This document shows, in pieces, positions 11,501 to 23,983 of a stretch of 64,000 nucleotides of DNA; position 1 is the stretch's first letter, and every line of letters starts with the position of its first letter. The notes under the pieces are model-generated. The model was not told the origin of the DNA. It did no database searches and saw only the letters and a list, made by a program, of their open reading frames with translations. Origin of the DNA: Prorocentrum cordatum. Its lineage: Eukaryota. The position numbers and the translations under genes are program-made. The stretch covers positions 124,001 to 188,000 of the forward strand of contig CAUYUJ010000026.1 in the NCBI GenBank assembly GCA_963575745.1, read 5' to 3'.

Positions 11501-14460
11501 ATTTTCGAGAATGGCCAGTCGGTTTGGCGTGCGAGGTTTTTCCTCCTTCTTCTGCTCTTCCTCCCTCCTCCTTCCTCCTCCTTCCTCCTTCCTCCTTCGT
11601 CCTCCTCCCTCCTCCTCCCTCCTCCTTCCTCCTCCATCCTCCTCTTCTTTGTCCTCCTTCATCCCTTTCTCCCTCAACCTCCTATCCCTTCCCTTTCTCC
11701 TTCCCTTGTTCTTCGCTCCTGCTGTCCTTCCTTCTTCCTTTCTGTCCCATGCCCTCCTTCCCTCCGGTGGCCCGACGGCGACATTTGGAGGGTCGAGGGC
11801 AAGCACGTGTTCTTCTCGCCGCCCCCGTCGCCGAAGAAGGCCAAGCGGAACAGCAAGGGCAAGGGCTCCGGCAACAACGGCGACGTCAGCGCGGCGACGA
11901 GCGACGACAAAGGCAAGGGCAAGGGGGCCGACAACAACGGCGAGGTCGGCGCGGAGACGAGCAACGGCAAGGGCAAGGGCAAGGGGGCTCAGAACAACGG
12001 CGAGGTCGGCGCGGAGACGAGCAAGAAGAAGGGCAAGGGCAAGGGCAAACGTAAGTTGTGGACCTTCATGGTGGACGGGTGGTGGCTGAAGATCCTTCGC
12101 AAAACGAGCAGGCACAACAAATTGCTCGTGCTGTACGACGAGTCGGAGGAGAGGGCAACTCCACAGGCTCCGGGGATCAATGAAAGGAGGGGGGAGGCTG
12201 GAACAACCACGACGATGAGGAGGAGGCCGAGGAGGAGGAGGCTGAGGAGGGGGGGAGGAAGGATCCAGGGATCGGGCTGGGTTCAGAAGTTGACTTCGGC
12301 CTTGGGCCCCCGGGCGCTTGGGGCCCCGACAATTGAGGAAGGCGGGGGGGGGGGGGCCTTTATTGGGGGGTCCCCTTTCAAATTCTTTCTGAACGCCTCG
12401 AGGCTTCCTTCCCTGTGGCCCTCACCCCGCATGAACGTCAAGAGGAGAGAGGAGTAGGAGGAGGAGGAGGAGGAGGAGGAGGAGGAGGAGGAGGAGGAGG
12501 AGGAGGAGGAGGAGGCCAAGGAGGAGGAGGCTGAGGAGGAGGAGGAGGAGGAGAGGACGGATCCAGGGATCGGGCTGGGTTCGGAAGTTAATCTTCGGCC
12601 TCGGCCTCTGGGGGCCGATTTCGATCCCTGAGGCCCTCTGGTGGCCGATTGGGATTGCCATGCCCCCCGCTACGCCTCCAGGTGACGCAAGTGGACGCGC
12701 AAGACTTCGACTCGGAGGGGGACGCAGAGCAGGTCTTGATCAAGCTCGCTGAGATGCACATCGGAGGCGCTGCAGGAGGATGAGGAGGAGAAAGGTGAGG
12801 AGAAATAATGGTGGAATGAGGACGAGAGATGAGGAGGGAGGAGGGGGGGAGGGGAGGAGGGATGAGGGAGGAGGAAGGGGGAAGGAGGAAGGAGGAATGG
12901 GCAAGGGGGAGGAGGAGGAGGAGGAGGAGGAGGAGGAGGAGGAGGAGGAGGAGGAGGAGGAGGAAGAGTATATCGCTCAGCCATCCTTGAAGGCTGTTCC
13001 AAAAGTGAGATCGAGGAGGAAAAGAAGCGGATCTTGAACGGTGTGCCGAAGTATGTCGAGAGGATGTTGTCGAAAGGCAAGGGCAAAGGTAAGAAACGCA
13101 AGGCGCCTGAGGATGATGACGATGAAGAAGAAAGCGAGGAGAAAGCAGCAATCGATGCGCTGCCCGAGGAGAAAAGTGTTGAAGTAGCAGTCGAGACGCC
13201 GCCGAAGACGGGCACGAGGAAGGTAAGAGGCAGCGGCAGGGGCAGAGGCAAAACAATGAAGCGATCCAAAAAAAAACGCAAGCGGGCATCCGGCCCCCAC
13301 GGCCATGAAGAGGAGACTCCTGAGAAGATCCCGAACGATGAGGCTCAGTCGATCCCAGAGGAGGCCAAGCCGATGAGTGTGAGAAAGAGGAGGCGTCAGA
13401 AAGGCCCAGAGAATTGCGACGCAGCCGATGGCGAGGGCGCAGACAAGAAGCCAGGAGAGGATGGAAACGAGACCAAGCCAGGCGAGGGCGAGGACGCAGA
13501 CGCGAAGCCAGGAGAGGATGGAAGCGAGAGCGAGCCAGCCGAGGACGAGGGCGCAGACAAGAAGCCAGAAGAGGATGGAGACGAGACCGAGCCATCCGAG
13601 GACGAGGACGCATTTGCGAAGCCAGGAGAGGATGGAGGCGAGAAGGAGTCAGCCGATGATCAGGCTGCAGACGCGAAGCCAGGAGAGGATGGAGTCGCGG
13701 GCGAGCCAGCCGAGGACGCGGGCGCGGATGAGAAGCCAGGAGAGGATGGAGGCAAGAGCGAGCAAGCTGATGACGAAGGCGCAGCCGTGAAGCCTGGAGA
13801 GGATGGAGGCGCGGGCGAGCCAGCTAATGATGAAGGCGCAGGCGCGACGCCAGGAGAGGAGGGAGGCGCGAGCGAGCCAGCCCAGGCTGCTGGCATGAGC
13901 AGCAGGCCAGGAGAGGATGGAGGCGCGAGCGGGTCACAGGCAGGAGGTGCGAGCACGGCTTTCCAGATCGCGCGCTCGAGTCCCTGCACGCCCCCGCCGA
14001 GGAACATGAGGATGCCGCAGCACGCCACCGAGATCGACACCATTGCAGCCGAGGCTTTGAATGGTCGCAACACCGCCACTCCACTCCACTCCCTCCTCCT
14101 CCTCCTCCTCCTCGTCCCCCTCCTCCTGTTCCTCCTCGTTTTCATTATCCTCTTCCTCCCATCCCCCTTCTCATCTCATCTCCTCCTCCTCCTCCTCCTC
14201 CTCCTACTTCTCCTCCTGCTCCTCCTCTCTGCCGCCTGAAGGCCTTGCGAGACTGGTCACCTCCAACGGGTTCGTTTACTTTGCCCGATGGTCCTTCCCC
14301 AGATCGCCGACACCTCGATTTCGATAGCGCGGAAACACCCGAGCCAGATCTCACCAACGTTTGCAACGCATTCTGCAACCTCTCTATCCAGGCCTGGCCG
14401 CCGATGCCTGGTCCGACGAGCTTGTTCGACACGGGCGAGTCCGACTCGGAGGCGAGGTGA
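8515..14460 (+). CDS. Multi-exon gene A, hypothetical protein with acidic/Lys-rich low complexity and 19-aa repeats
   Basis: Predicted exons 8515-8598, 8762-8836, 9071-9148, 9546-9611, 9988-10044, 10482-~10830, less certain exons at ~11.0-12.15 kb, then 12682-12766, 12981-~14053, 14242-14460. The first six join in frame: MPARAGF...GFVK|NIKL...SLGE|ATGGNF...EHFK|VKQS...FLRK|DLQT...IVGK|VNESLD. AG acceptors, GC/GA donors. Confidence 0.7.
12304..12555 (+). repeat. Intronic ~140-bp repeat with (GGA)n tail, copy 1
   Basis: GGGGCCCCGACAAT...TTTATTGGGGGTCCCCTTTCA...CCCTGTGGCCCTCACCCCGCATGAACGTCAAGAGGAGAGAGGAG then (GGA)n; second copy at 18199-18342. Confidence 0.85.
13448..13940 (+). repeat. 57-bp coding tandem repeat (19 aa, KPGEDG...), 9 copies, inside gene A
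   Basis: AAGCCAGGAGAGGATGG recurs every 57 bp, in frame with ORF 13034. Confidence 0.95.
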
Positions 14461-14954
14461 GCTCAGAAGTGTCAGGCGGCTGCGCTTTTCGGGGTAAGCG
14501 GGGCCCCTAGGAATCGATCGGGAGCCTGCGTTCATAGGGCCTCGGTGATTCCAGGAAAAAAAACTCGTCAGATGAAGGATGCAGCTCGAACTGCTGCGAG
14601 GTCAGTGGAGCCCGAGTTTCGGATCAGAGGGTGGAGTAAGGGAAGGTAGGGTGGATGGGGCAGGGGGATAAGTATTCTGCACATAGATCCAAAGCTCGGG
14701 GTTGCACGTTCGCGTCGCGTTGACTCGGTGTTCACGGTTGGAAGCCATATGTTTGAAGATCTCGAGTTTCGGAAAATCTACTGCGTATCGTTCAAGGTTC
14801 AACGGTCCATGCGATGTCAGATCAAAAAACCTCGGACAAGTCGTCACGTCGCGAACTTGTCGAGACGTCTCGGCGAGAGGCATTTGGCCACTCGAGGTTT
14901 TATTCAGGGCCCGAGTGGGCAGCCCCCTCCGGCCCTCCCCCCACGGCAGCGGCA

Positions 14955-17900
14955 ATGGCGTCGAGTTCAGCTTCGTCGGGGCCTCCCACCTGGTTCGCAG
15001 GCAGTCAGGAAATCCTTTCAACGATTGGTGCGGATGATCAACGACCAGTCCCCCAGCCGAACGACTTTCCCGTCGCCGTCGATTCGCCCACCGTGGTCGA
15101 GGACTCCCTGCCGCTTGATGCGACGATGGGCGAGGAGCACCCGGACGCCTTCCTGCACGACTCCCAGATCCCCATGGGCGCCAACCCCTCTCGGCCACTG
15201 CCGCGTTTCGGATCGACTCCAGTCGCCTAAGCCACCCTACACATTCTGTTTTCCTTTGCCCCCCCTGCCTCCTCGACCCATCCTCCTCCTCCTCCTCCTC
15301 CTCCTGCTGCTCCTCCTCCTCCTCCTCCTCCTCCTCCTCCTCCTGCTCCTGCTCCTCCTGTTCCTCCTTCTCCCTTCTCCTCCTTATCGTCCTCCACCTC
15401 GTCCTCTTGCTCACCCTGCTCGTCCTCGCCCTCGATCCACGCTCCCCATCCCCCTCGTCCTATAAGAACCCCCTCAGAACCTGCTGCCCTGCCGCAGTTC
15501 ACCGCGAACACATTTGAGGAGGCGCTGAAAGAGAAGGCGGCGGGCATCACGCCAGAGGCCAGAACGGGAGTGAATCAGAAGATTTCCAGGGCACCCCAGA
15601 CCTCGGAGCTTCCAGGAGAGTTCCAGTGCATTAACAGGGGACTTCCAAGGGGCCCCCAGTGGATTGAGACTTCAAGGGGTTGCAGAACATCTAAAAGCTG
15701 TCGGGGTGAGGGATGGTGAAGGAGGGTGAACAGGTGGAAACAACTTTCGAGGTGGTTAACGAGCTCGCTCCAGAGACCCCGGGGCTTCCAGGAGAGTTCA
15801 AATGGATTGCACTTCCAAGGGGCCTCCAGGTGATTGAAACTTACAGGGGGGCCAGAACCTCTGAAAGCAGTCGGGGTGAGGGATGGCGAAAGAGAGTGAG
15901 AATGAGCGAGTGCGGAAGCCACAGGTGCCTCCAGAATTGCTGAAGACGCCCGTCGCGGAGATGAAGGGCGGGGACGCAGAGGAGGATCCGCTTTTGGAGG
16001 AACTCCCAACGAAGGGCTACAAGTTCTTGATGGACTCTGCGCTGGGGGGGAGGTTCCGCAGGCACATCGAGAGCTTGAGCAAAAAGCAGCAGAAGCAGTG
16101 GGGGGACAAGAGTGCCGCGCAGAAGAAAGCCTTCAAGAAGGAGTGGGCCATCGAGAAATACAAGGAGTATCAGGCGGAGAGGTCGCACACTGTGAGCGAG
16201 ACCAACTCGCGCAAGGAGTGGGCCGAGCTCGCCAACTTCGACGTGATCGTCGACAGGGAGGGCGGGGCCCACTCGCCAGCGGCAGTTCAGGGAGCGTACA
16301 ACTATTGCTTGAAGGCGCTGTCGATTGGATGGTGCCCAGGGTTAGCAGCGAGTAGGAAGAGGAAGAGGCGAAGAAGGAGAGGGAGACCGCGGAGGAGGAG
16401 GAGGAGAAACAGGAGAAGGAGGAGGAAGAGGAGAGGGGTACGGATAAATACGAGGAAGAGGACAAGGACGAGGAGGAAGAGGAGGAGGAGGAGGAGGAGG
16501 AGGAGGAATATGATCACCAAACGAGGGGAGGAAGGTGATGAAAGGAAGGCAACAACAACACGTTCCGACACCAGAGGAGTAGGGGTGAGGAGTTTCAAAC
16601 GCAGGTTTGCCTTCAACACGTGGACCTTGAGGATGGAGTTCGTCTACAAAAAAGTCGGGTGGGAGAACGTCTTCATGGAGAGATGGGCCAAGCAGGAGAG
16701 GGAGTACACCAACAAGAGGGCCCCGCACGCGTTGCGTGATCCGGCATCGAGGGGCCAGCTGGACCATCCGCCGCAGGTCAGAATGAGCAAACAGGGGCAG
16801 AGGGAGGAAGGGAGAGGGAGGGAGGAAGAGGGAGGGATGGGGGTAGTGATTGGGGGGGAGGGAGGAGGGGGGAGGACAGGGAAGGAGAGGGGGGAGGGGA
16901 GGGAAGTGAGGGCACGGAGGGAAGGAGAGAGTGAAGAAGAGGGGGAAACGAAACTGCCCCCCCCGTACACACGCCCCGAGGTTGGCGCGCTCTGCGTCGC
17001 GGCCCCTCTGGAGACCATCGAGGTCGAGGATTCCCAGACCCCGCACAAGACGGCCAAGGTGGCAATTCAGCGGGCTCCAGTCGAGGAGGCCTCTTCGGCA
17101 TGCGGGTCTTCGATGCAGACGGCAGCTGTCGATGCTGCGCGCCGTCAGATGGCAGATGCGGCTGCGGCCGCGGCAGAGGCCCGCCTGCGCAAGGAGCAGG
17201 GTGCCCAGGCCTGGCTCATGCGCCATGCGGCTCAAGCGGCTGAGGCGCGCCAGGCTTCGGAGCAGAAGGCGGCCCAGGCGGCTGTGATGCGCCAGGTTGC
17301 GGCTCAGGAGGCTGCGATGCGTCAGGCTGAGGGGCACGAGGCGGCTGCGATTCGCCAGGCTCAGGAGCAGAAGGCGGCTGCGACGTGCCAGGCTGTGGAG
17401 CAGAAGGCGGCTGCGACGCAACAGGCTGAGGAGCAGAAGGCGGCTGCGACGCACCAGGCCGTGGAGCAGAAGGCGGCTGCGATGGGCCAGGCTGAGCAGA
17501 GGGCGGCTGCGACGCGCCAGGCTGAGGGGCAGAAGGCGGCTGCGATGCACCAGGCTGAGGAGCAGAAGGCCGCCGCGATGCGCGAGGTTGCGGCCCAGGC
17601 AGAGGCGCGCCAGATGCACCAGGCTGAGGAGCAGAAGGCTGCTGCGATGGGCCAGGCTGCGGCTCAGGGCGAGGCGCGCCAGGTTGAGGATCAGAAGGCG
17701 GCAGCGATGAGCCAGGCTGAGGGGCAGAAAGCTGCTGCGGCGCGCGAGGCTGCGGCTCAGGAGGCCGAGGCGCGCCAAGCTGCGGAGCAAAAGGCCGATG
17801 CGATGTCCGAGGCTGCGGAGCAGAAGGCGGCTGCGACGCACAAAGCTGAGGAGCAGAAGGCGGCTGCGACGCCCGAAGAAGCGGCTCCAAGCAGCGGCGC

Positions 17901-19502
17901 TGTTCTGGCGGCGGCGGCGGCTCCGGGGGGGAGGAGGGGCCGCGGCGGCAAGAGGCCCGCGCCCTCCGATGCAGGCAGTGAAGGCCAGCCGCCGCCAGCC
18001 AGCAGGTCGCGCAGGCAGCGGCCTCAGGAGACCCCGACGCCAGAGACAGAGACGGAGAAGGCGGAGAGGCTCGAGGCGGAGAGGTTCGAGGCAGCCAAGG
18101 CGGAGAAGGTCGAGGCAGCCAAGCAGGCGGCTCTCAAGTACTCGGCGATCAACGGCAAAGCGAAGATGATCTTGAAGAGGATCGACGAGAGCACGTCTGG
18201 CCCCTGGGTGCTTGGGGCCCCGACAATGGAGGAAGGAGGGGAGGTCATTTATTGGGGGTCCCCTTTCAGATTCTGTCTGACAGCCTCGAGGCGTTCTTCC
18301 CTGTGGCCCTCACCCCGCATGAACGTCAAGAGGAGAGAGGAGGAGGAGGAGGAGGAGGAGGAGGAGGAGGAGGAGGAGGAGGAGGAGGAGGAGGAGGAGG
18401 AGGAGGAGGAGGAGGAGGAGGAGGAGGCGGAGCGGGAGGGGAGGAGGAGGAGGAAGGAGGAGGAGGAGGAGGAGGAGAGGAGGAGGATGGAGGAGGAGGA
18501 GGAGGAGAATTAGGAGGAGGAAAACGGCGACGACGACGAATATTTGCCCTCCCCTGAACTGCCTCAGGTGCACTTCCGGGGCGGGAGCGAGGTGGCCCAG
18601 CTCAAGAGAGCCTTAGAGGCGATGGAGAAGAAGTGCACCGACGACAAATTCGCGGAGCTGGCCACCACCATGGACATGGAGACTGCTGAGGCCGTATCCT
18701 CCTCCTCCTCCTCCTCCTCCTCCTCCCTCCTCCTCCTCCCTTTCCTCATCCCCCTCCTCCTCCTCCTCCTCCTGCTCCTCCTCCTCCTTCTCCTCCTCCT
18801 TCCAACTCCTACCTCCCTTTCTCCCCTCTGCTGGTCATCCCTCCTGCCCTTCTTTCTGATCTTGTCGATTGGCTGCTCCGTACTTCAGCTCATCCATGCT
18901 TACCCTAGTCTGCTTTTGCCGAATCCTTACCCCCACCTCCTCCTTCTCCTGCTGCTGCTGCTGCTCCTCCTTCTCCTTCCCCTCCTTCTCCTCCTCCTCC
19001 TCCTCCTCCTCCTCCTCCTCCTCCTCCTCCTCCCTCTCTCTCCTCCTCCTCCCCGCCTCCTCTCTCTCCTCCCTCTCCTCCCTCTCCCCCTCTCCTCCCC
19101 TCTCCCCCTCCTCCTCCTCTCCTCCCTCCTCCTCCTCCTCCTCCTCCTCCTCCTCCTCCTCCTCCTCCTCCTCCTCATCCTCCTCCATCTCCTCCCCCTC
19201 CCCTCCTCCTCCACCTCCTCCTCTCCTCCGCCTCCTCCTCCCTCCTCCTCCTCCTCCTCCTCCTCCTCCTCCCCTCCTCCTCCTCCCTCCTCCTCCTCCT
19301 CCCCCCCCCCTCCCCTTCCCTCTACCCCTTCCATATTTCCTCTCCTCGCCCGCCTGCCCCGCAGCTCATGTACGACGGGGACGTCCAGGCGGCAATCGAG
19401 AACTTGCCCGCGCAGGTGGGCCCCGAAGTGCAGAGGTGCTCCCAGATGTGCGACGGCCTGCTCGAGATGTTGCGCGCGAGGAAGGCGTTCTTCGCGCAGT
19501 AG
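14955..19502 (+). CDS. Multi-exon gene B, hypothetical protein with an Ala/Gln/Glu coiled-coil repeat
   Basis: Probable ATG at 14955; protein-like exons from 15925 (VPPELL...FDVIVDREGG...AYNYCLKA), ~16606 (FNTWTLRMEFVY...FMERW), ~16980-18207, 18568-18690 and 19365-19502 (LMYDGD...KAFFAQ*). The last three join in phase 0; 5' exons are uncertain. Confidence 0.65.
15596..15890 (+). repeat. Diverged ~120-bp direct repeat, two copies
   Basis: GCTTCCAGGAGAGTTC...ACTTCCAAGGGG...GTCGGGGTGAGGGATGG at ~15608-15717 and ~15784-15886. Confidence 0.8.
17230..17875 (+). repeat. 33-bp coding tandem repeat (QAEEQKAAAxx) inside gene B
   Basis: CAGGCTG(A/T)GGAGCAGAAGGCGGCTGCGA recurs at ~33-bp period. Confidence 0.9.
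18199..18520 (+). repeat. Intronic ~140-bp repeat with (GGA)n tail, copy 2
   Basis: Closely similar to 12304-12454; fills the predicted intron 18208-18567. Confidence 0.85.
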
Positions 19503-19578
19503 GACCCGGGGGGGGGACTCGGAAGCAGGCCCGCACGTCCAGGAACACACGATTTCGAACCTTGCGACGCCGAAGTCG

Positions 19579-20828
19579 CATCCAGATTTCATCCAGATTC
19601 CATCCAGTTTTCATCCAGATTTCTGGGGCGACCCTCGAAATAGCTGTGAAATCACATGGTTTCCTTACATCAAGATTTGATCAACTTTTTAGAACCTTGA
19701 CGAAACCTGAGAAAACACAATAGGAAAATCCGTAAGCCAAATCTCAAGAGAAGACCTGAATCCGTAAGGCTCACGAAACCTTGTGAAAACACAGTTATTA
19801 TTGCATCCAGATTTCATCCGCTTCTGAAAACCTTCACAACACCTGTGGAAACACATGAGAAAAATCCGTAAGCCTAATCTCAAGAGAAGACGCGAATCCG
19901 TAAGGCTCACGAAACCTTGTAAAAACACAGTGATTATTGCATCCAGATTTCATCCATTTCTGAAAACCATCACAAACCATATGAAATTACAATAGAAAAA
20001 TCCGTAAGCCTAATTTCAATAGAATGCCAAAATCCGTAAGGCTCGCGAAACCTGTGAAAACACATAGGTTTACGCATCCAGATGTCATCGACATTGCATC
20101 CAGATTCAGAATCACTGTGAAAACACATGGTGAAAATGCGTAAGGGCAATGAAACCTTGTAAGAACACAGTGATTATTGCATCCAGATCTCATCCAGATT
20201 TCATCCAGATTCAGAATCACTGTGAAAACACATAGAAAAAATGCGTAAGGTCAAGGAAACCATGTAAAAACACAGTGATTATTGCATCCAGATTTCACCC
20301 AGATTCAAAACAACTGTGAAACCACATGTGAAAATGCGTAAGGTCACGAGTGAAAATGCGTAAGGTCAAGGAAACCATGTAAAAACACAGTGATTATTGC
20401 ATCCAGATTTCATCCAGATCCAGAATCATTGGGGAAACACATAGTGAAAATGCGTAAGGTCAAGGAAACCATGTAAAAACACAATGATTATTGCATCCAG
20501 ATCTCATCAAGATTTCATCAAGATTCAAAATCACTTTGAAAACACATAGAAAAAATGCGTAAGGTCAAGGAAACCATGTAAAAACACAGTGATTATTGCA
20601 TCCAGATTCCATCCAGATTCAGAATCACTGTGAAAACACATAGAAAAATGCGTAAGGTCAAGGAAACCATGTAAAAACACAAGGATTATTGCATCCAGAT
20701 TTCATCCAGATTCAGAATCACTGTGAAAACACATGGAGAAAATGCGTAAGGGCAAGGAAACCCTGTAAAAACACAGCGATTATTGCATCCAGATTTCATC
20801 CAGATCCCATCAAGATTTCATCTAGATG
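19579..20828. repeat. AT-rich tandem satellite (~90-120-bp units)
   Basis: Recurring AAATGCGTAAGG..GAAACCATGTAAAAACACAGTGATTATTGCATCCAGATT with CATCCAGATT sub-repeats. Confidence 0.95.
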
Positions 20829-21326
20829 ACTCCTGGTTACATCTAGATGTCTCGTGGGTTCCCCCGCGGCGTCGGGCAGAGGCGGGGGTGGCAGTGTGGT
20901 CCTCCTCCTCCTCCTCCTCCTCCTCCTCCTCCTCCTCCTCCTCCTCCTCCTCCTCCTCCTCCTCCTCCTCCTCCTCCTCCTCTTCTCCCTCCCTCCCTCC
21001 CCCCCCCTCCCTCCCTCCGCGCCTCCCTCCGCGCCTCCCTCCCTCCCTTCCTCGCCCCCCCCTCCTCCACCCGTCTTCCTCCTCCTCCTTCCTCCTCCTC
21101 CTCTTCTTTCTCCTCCTCCTCCTCCTGCCCCCCCTCACCGCCCCCCTCCTCCCCCCCCCTCCTCCCTCCTCCTCCTCCTCCTCCTCCTCTCCTTTCTCCT
21201 CCATCTCCTCCTACATCTCCTCCTCCATCTCCTCATCTCCTCCTCCTCCTCCTCCTCCTCTTCCTCCTCCTTCCTCCTCTTTCCTCCTATTCCTCCACCT
21301 CCTCCTCCTCCTCCTCCTCCTCCTCC

Positions 21327-21361
<35 letters not shown>

Positions 21362-21909
21362 CCTCCTCATCCGCATCCTCCTCATCCGCACACTCGTTCT
21401 CCTTGAATCGCCACCTCCCCTTGCAAGGAGGAGTTCATCACGACGCTGGGCCCGGGTGTCCTGCAGTCGAGCTCAACGCCAAGCTGGGTCAGGCTCTAAC
21501 CCAGAGGGGGGGGCCCTGAAAGGTCAGAACGCAGAGGCTTCTCTCGGCGGCGGACCGAGGGGGGGGGCATGAGAAGGAGCAGGCCGCCTCGGAAGGCCGC
21601 AGGACCTCTCGGAAGTTGGAAGCCCAGGGAAATCAGAAGCGTCCTTAGCCAATTTCGAAGACAGGAGAAACCTCCCAGGAGTCCAGGGACATCCTCCGAC
21701 GCCTCGGTAGAGGAAGAGGGGGAGGAAGAGGAGGAGGAGGAGGGGGAGGAGGAGGAGGAGGAGGAGGAGGAGGAGGAGGAGGAGGAGGAGGAGGAGGAGG
21801 AGGAGGAGGAGGAGGGAGGAGGAGGAGGAGGCGGGGGAGGAGGAGGCGGAGGAGGAGGAGGAGGAGGAGGCGGAGGCCTTTTCATCTCCCCCCCGCGCCC
21901 GCCGCCGAG

Positions 21910-22382
21910 TCTCGAGTGCGGAGGCGACTTCGGTCGGCCGCTACAGGGTGCCCCTCCGCCCCGATGTCGGGTAAGGTCGCCAGCGCAAATATAAGGGTCG
22001 GGTTGGGCCTTGGGGCCCCAGTCCTTGTGTTGGGGCGCGTAGCCCGACTTCGAACCAGGGGGGTATTCGTCGCCACGAAATTCTAGAACGCAGGGGTGTC
22101 TCGAGTGTGGAGGCGACTTCGGTCGGCCGCTACAGGGGGCCCCTCCGCCCCGATGTCGGGCAAGGTCGCCAAACATACGTTTCGGGGTCGGGTTGGGCCC
22201 TGGGGCCCCCATCCTTGCGCTGCGGTGCGTAGCCCGACTTCGAACCAGGGGGGTATTCGTCGCCACGAAATTCTAGAACGCATGGATGTCTCGAGTGTGG
22301 AGGCGACTTCGGTCGGCCGCTACAGGGGGCCCCATCCGCCCCGATGCGTAGCCCGACTTCGAACAGGAACGTATTCGTCGCC
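21910..22382. repeat. 189-bp tandem repeat, ~2.5 copies
   Basis: TCTCGAGTG(C/T)GGAGGCGACTTCGGTCGGCCGCTACAGGG starts at ~21910, ~22099 and ~22288. Confidence 0.95.
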
Positions 22383-23983
22383 CACGTTTGGATTCGATGG
22401 GGTCCCTCCTCTGGCAACGGATCCTGAGTTCGACGCGCTGGACCTGTCAGTAGTGCAATACGCTACAGGTCCCGCCTACCATTCCCTTCCCAACTCCTGA
22501 CCCTCCGTGGGGCCGTCTTGGGAGCCTCCTGGGTCGGCTTGGAACCTTCTTGTGTCAATTGTGGGCCTCCTTCGGGAAGCCTCTCCGGTTGTTTGATGGC
22601 GATCTTCGGGGCACCAAATCAATCTCTCACATGTGTTGCATTGAGGGGCAGCATTCTGAAGGTTCGTTGATCACTCCACCCTTCTCAATCCAACCTTGCT
22701 CGGTCAATCGTCTGAACTAAGACTGTTCGACTAATTATCCCCCTCCGCTCAGCCCTTCCTCCATCCTGTCCCAATCTGTCTCGGCCCCTTCCACTCTTGC
22801 ACGCCAGTGGGGGCTGCCCGTGTCCGGGCCGCGGGCCGCGGGCCAAATTGGCACTAGGGGCGACGAGAAGAGGGAGTGGAGGAAGAAGGGTGGAACCTAT
22901 GCTCCGAGCAAGTGCCACAGGCCGACCCCGCAATTCCTGATGATGGTGGGATTGCGGGTGTAGTTCGTTCGACTTTCAGACGGCTTGGGCAAGCCGCGAC
23001 CTGTTCGAGGGCGCGCTCGACGGGGCACAAGACAAAGCTGCGTGACACGATCGAGGAAGGAGGGAAGGAGGGAAGGAGAACGGGGGAAATGCGAGGGCGA
23101 GGAGGGAAGAGGAGGAAGAAGAGGAAGCGGAGGCGGCAGAAGGAGATGGAGGGACGGGGAGGAGAACGAGGAGGAGACGCGACGGGAAAGAGACAACGGA
23201 GGAATGAGGAGTGCCAGCGCCCCCCCCCCCCCACCTTTCCCTTTCCCTCCTCATCCCTTCGCCCTCTCCTCCCTTCGCCCTCTCCCTCCTCGTCCCTTCG
23301 CCCTTTCCCCTTTCCCCATTTCCCTCCTGCCTCTCTCCTCCGCCCCTCTCCTCCTCATGCCTCCGCCCTTGCCCCTGCGGCGCGGACCTGTTGCTGCAGG
23401 TGCCGCGCGCGAGTGTGGAAGGGCGTCTTGCGAGCAAGGCAAGAGTGTTCTGACATGCTCGGATATGGCACTCCTCCCACTCCCATCCATCGCTTCATGT
23501 TGTTACACTTTTTTCGGGTTTGCTCTGGGTGGCCTGGGTGGCTCTGATGGGCGCCAACTAGTTCCAGGACCTGCGCGGGCCCTGGCAGGGCTCCAAACTC
23601 CTGGCGCCTTGAGGGCAAACCGAAAACCATTCCAACACCTCTTTTGCTTCCTCCTCCTCCTCCTCCTGCTCCACCTCTTCCTCCATGGCCCCCTCCTTCC
23701 CCCCCGCCTCCGCCCTTCCGCCAGGCCTCCTCCCTTTCCCCCCATCCCCTCACCTTTTTTATCAATATGATGACTCTGTCATCGCGCCGCCCGTCGGCAG
23801 GTCACCCGCAGGGGCGCGAAGATGGCGTCGCATCTCGCGCTGCGGCCTCGGCCACCACTGCACGCCACCTCTCTCGGCGCGCCCCGCGAAGTCCCGAACG
23901 ACAGTGTTCTTTGCTTTATAGCATGGGCAAGCCCTCGTCTGTGAACATTCGGCTCGAAGCGCCACGCGCACCGTGCCGGCGCC

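Noticed and set aside
15883..18513. 876-aa ORF as a single-exon CDS
   Set aside because: It reads through (GGA)n introns as poly-Arg/Glu; better explained as exons of gene B.
22852..22860. CACTAGGGG as a CACTA terminus for the transposase
   Set aside because: No matching inverted terminus found downstream; a 5-mer match is expected by chance.
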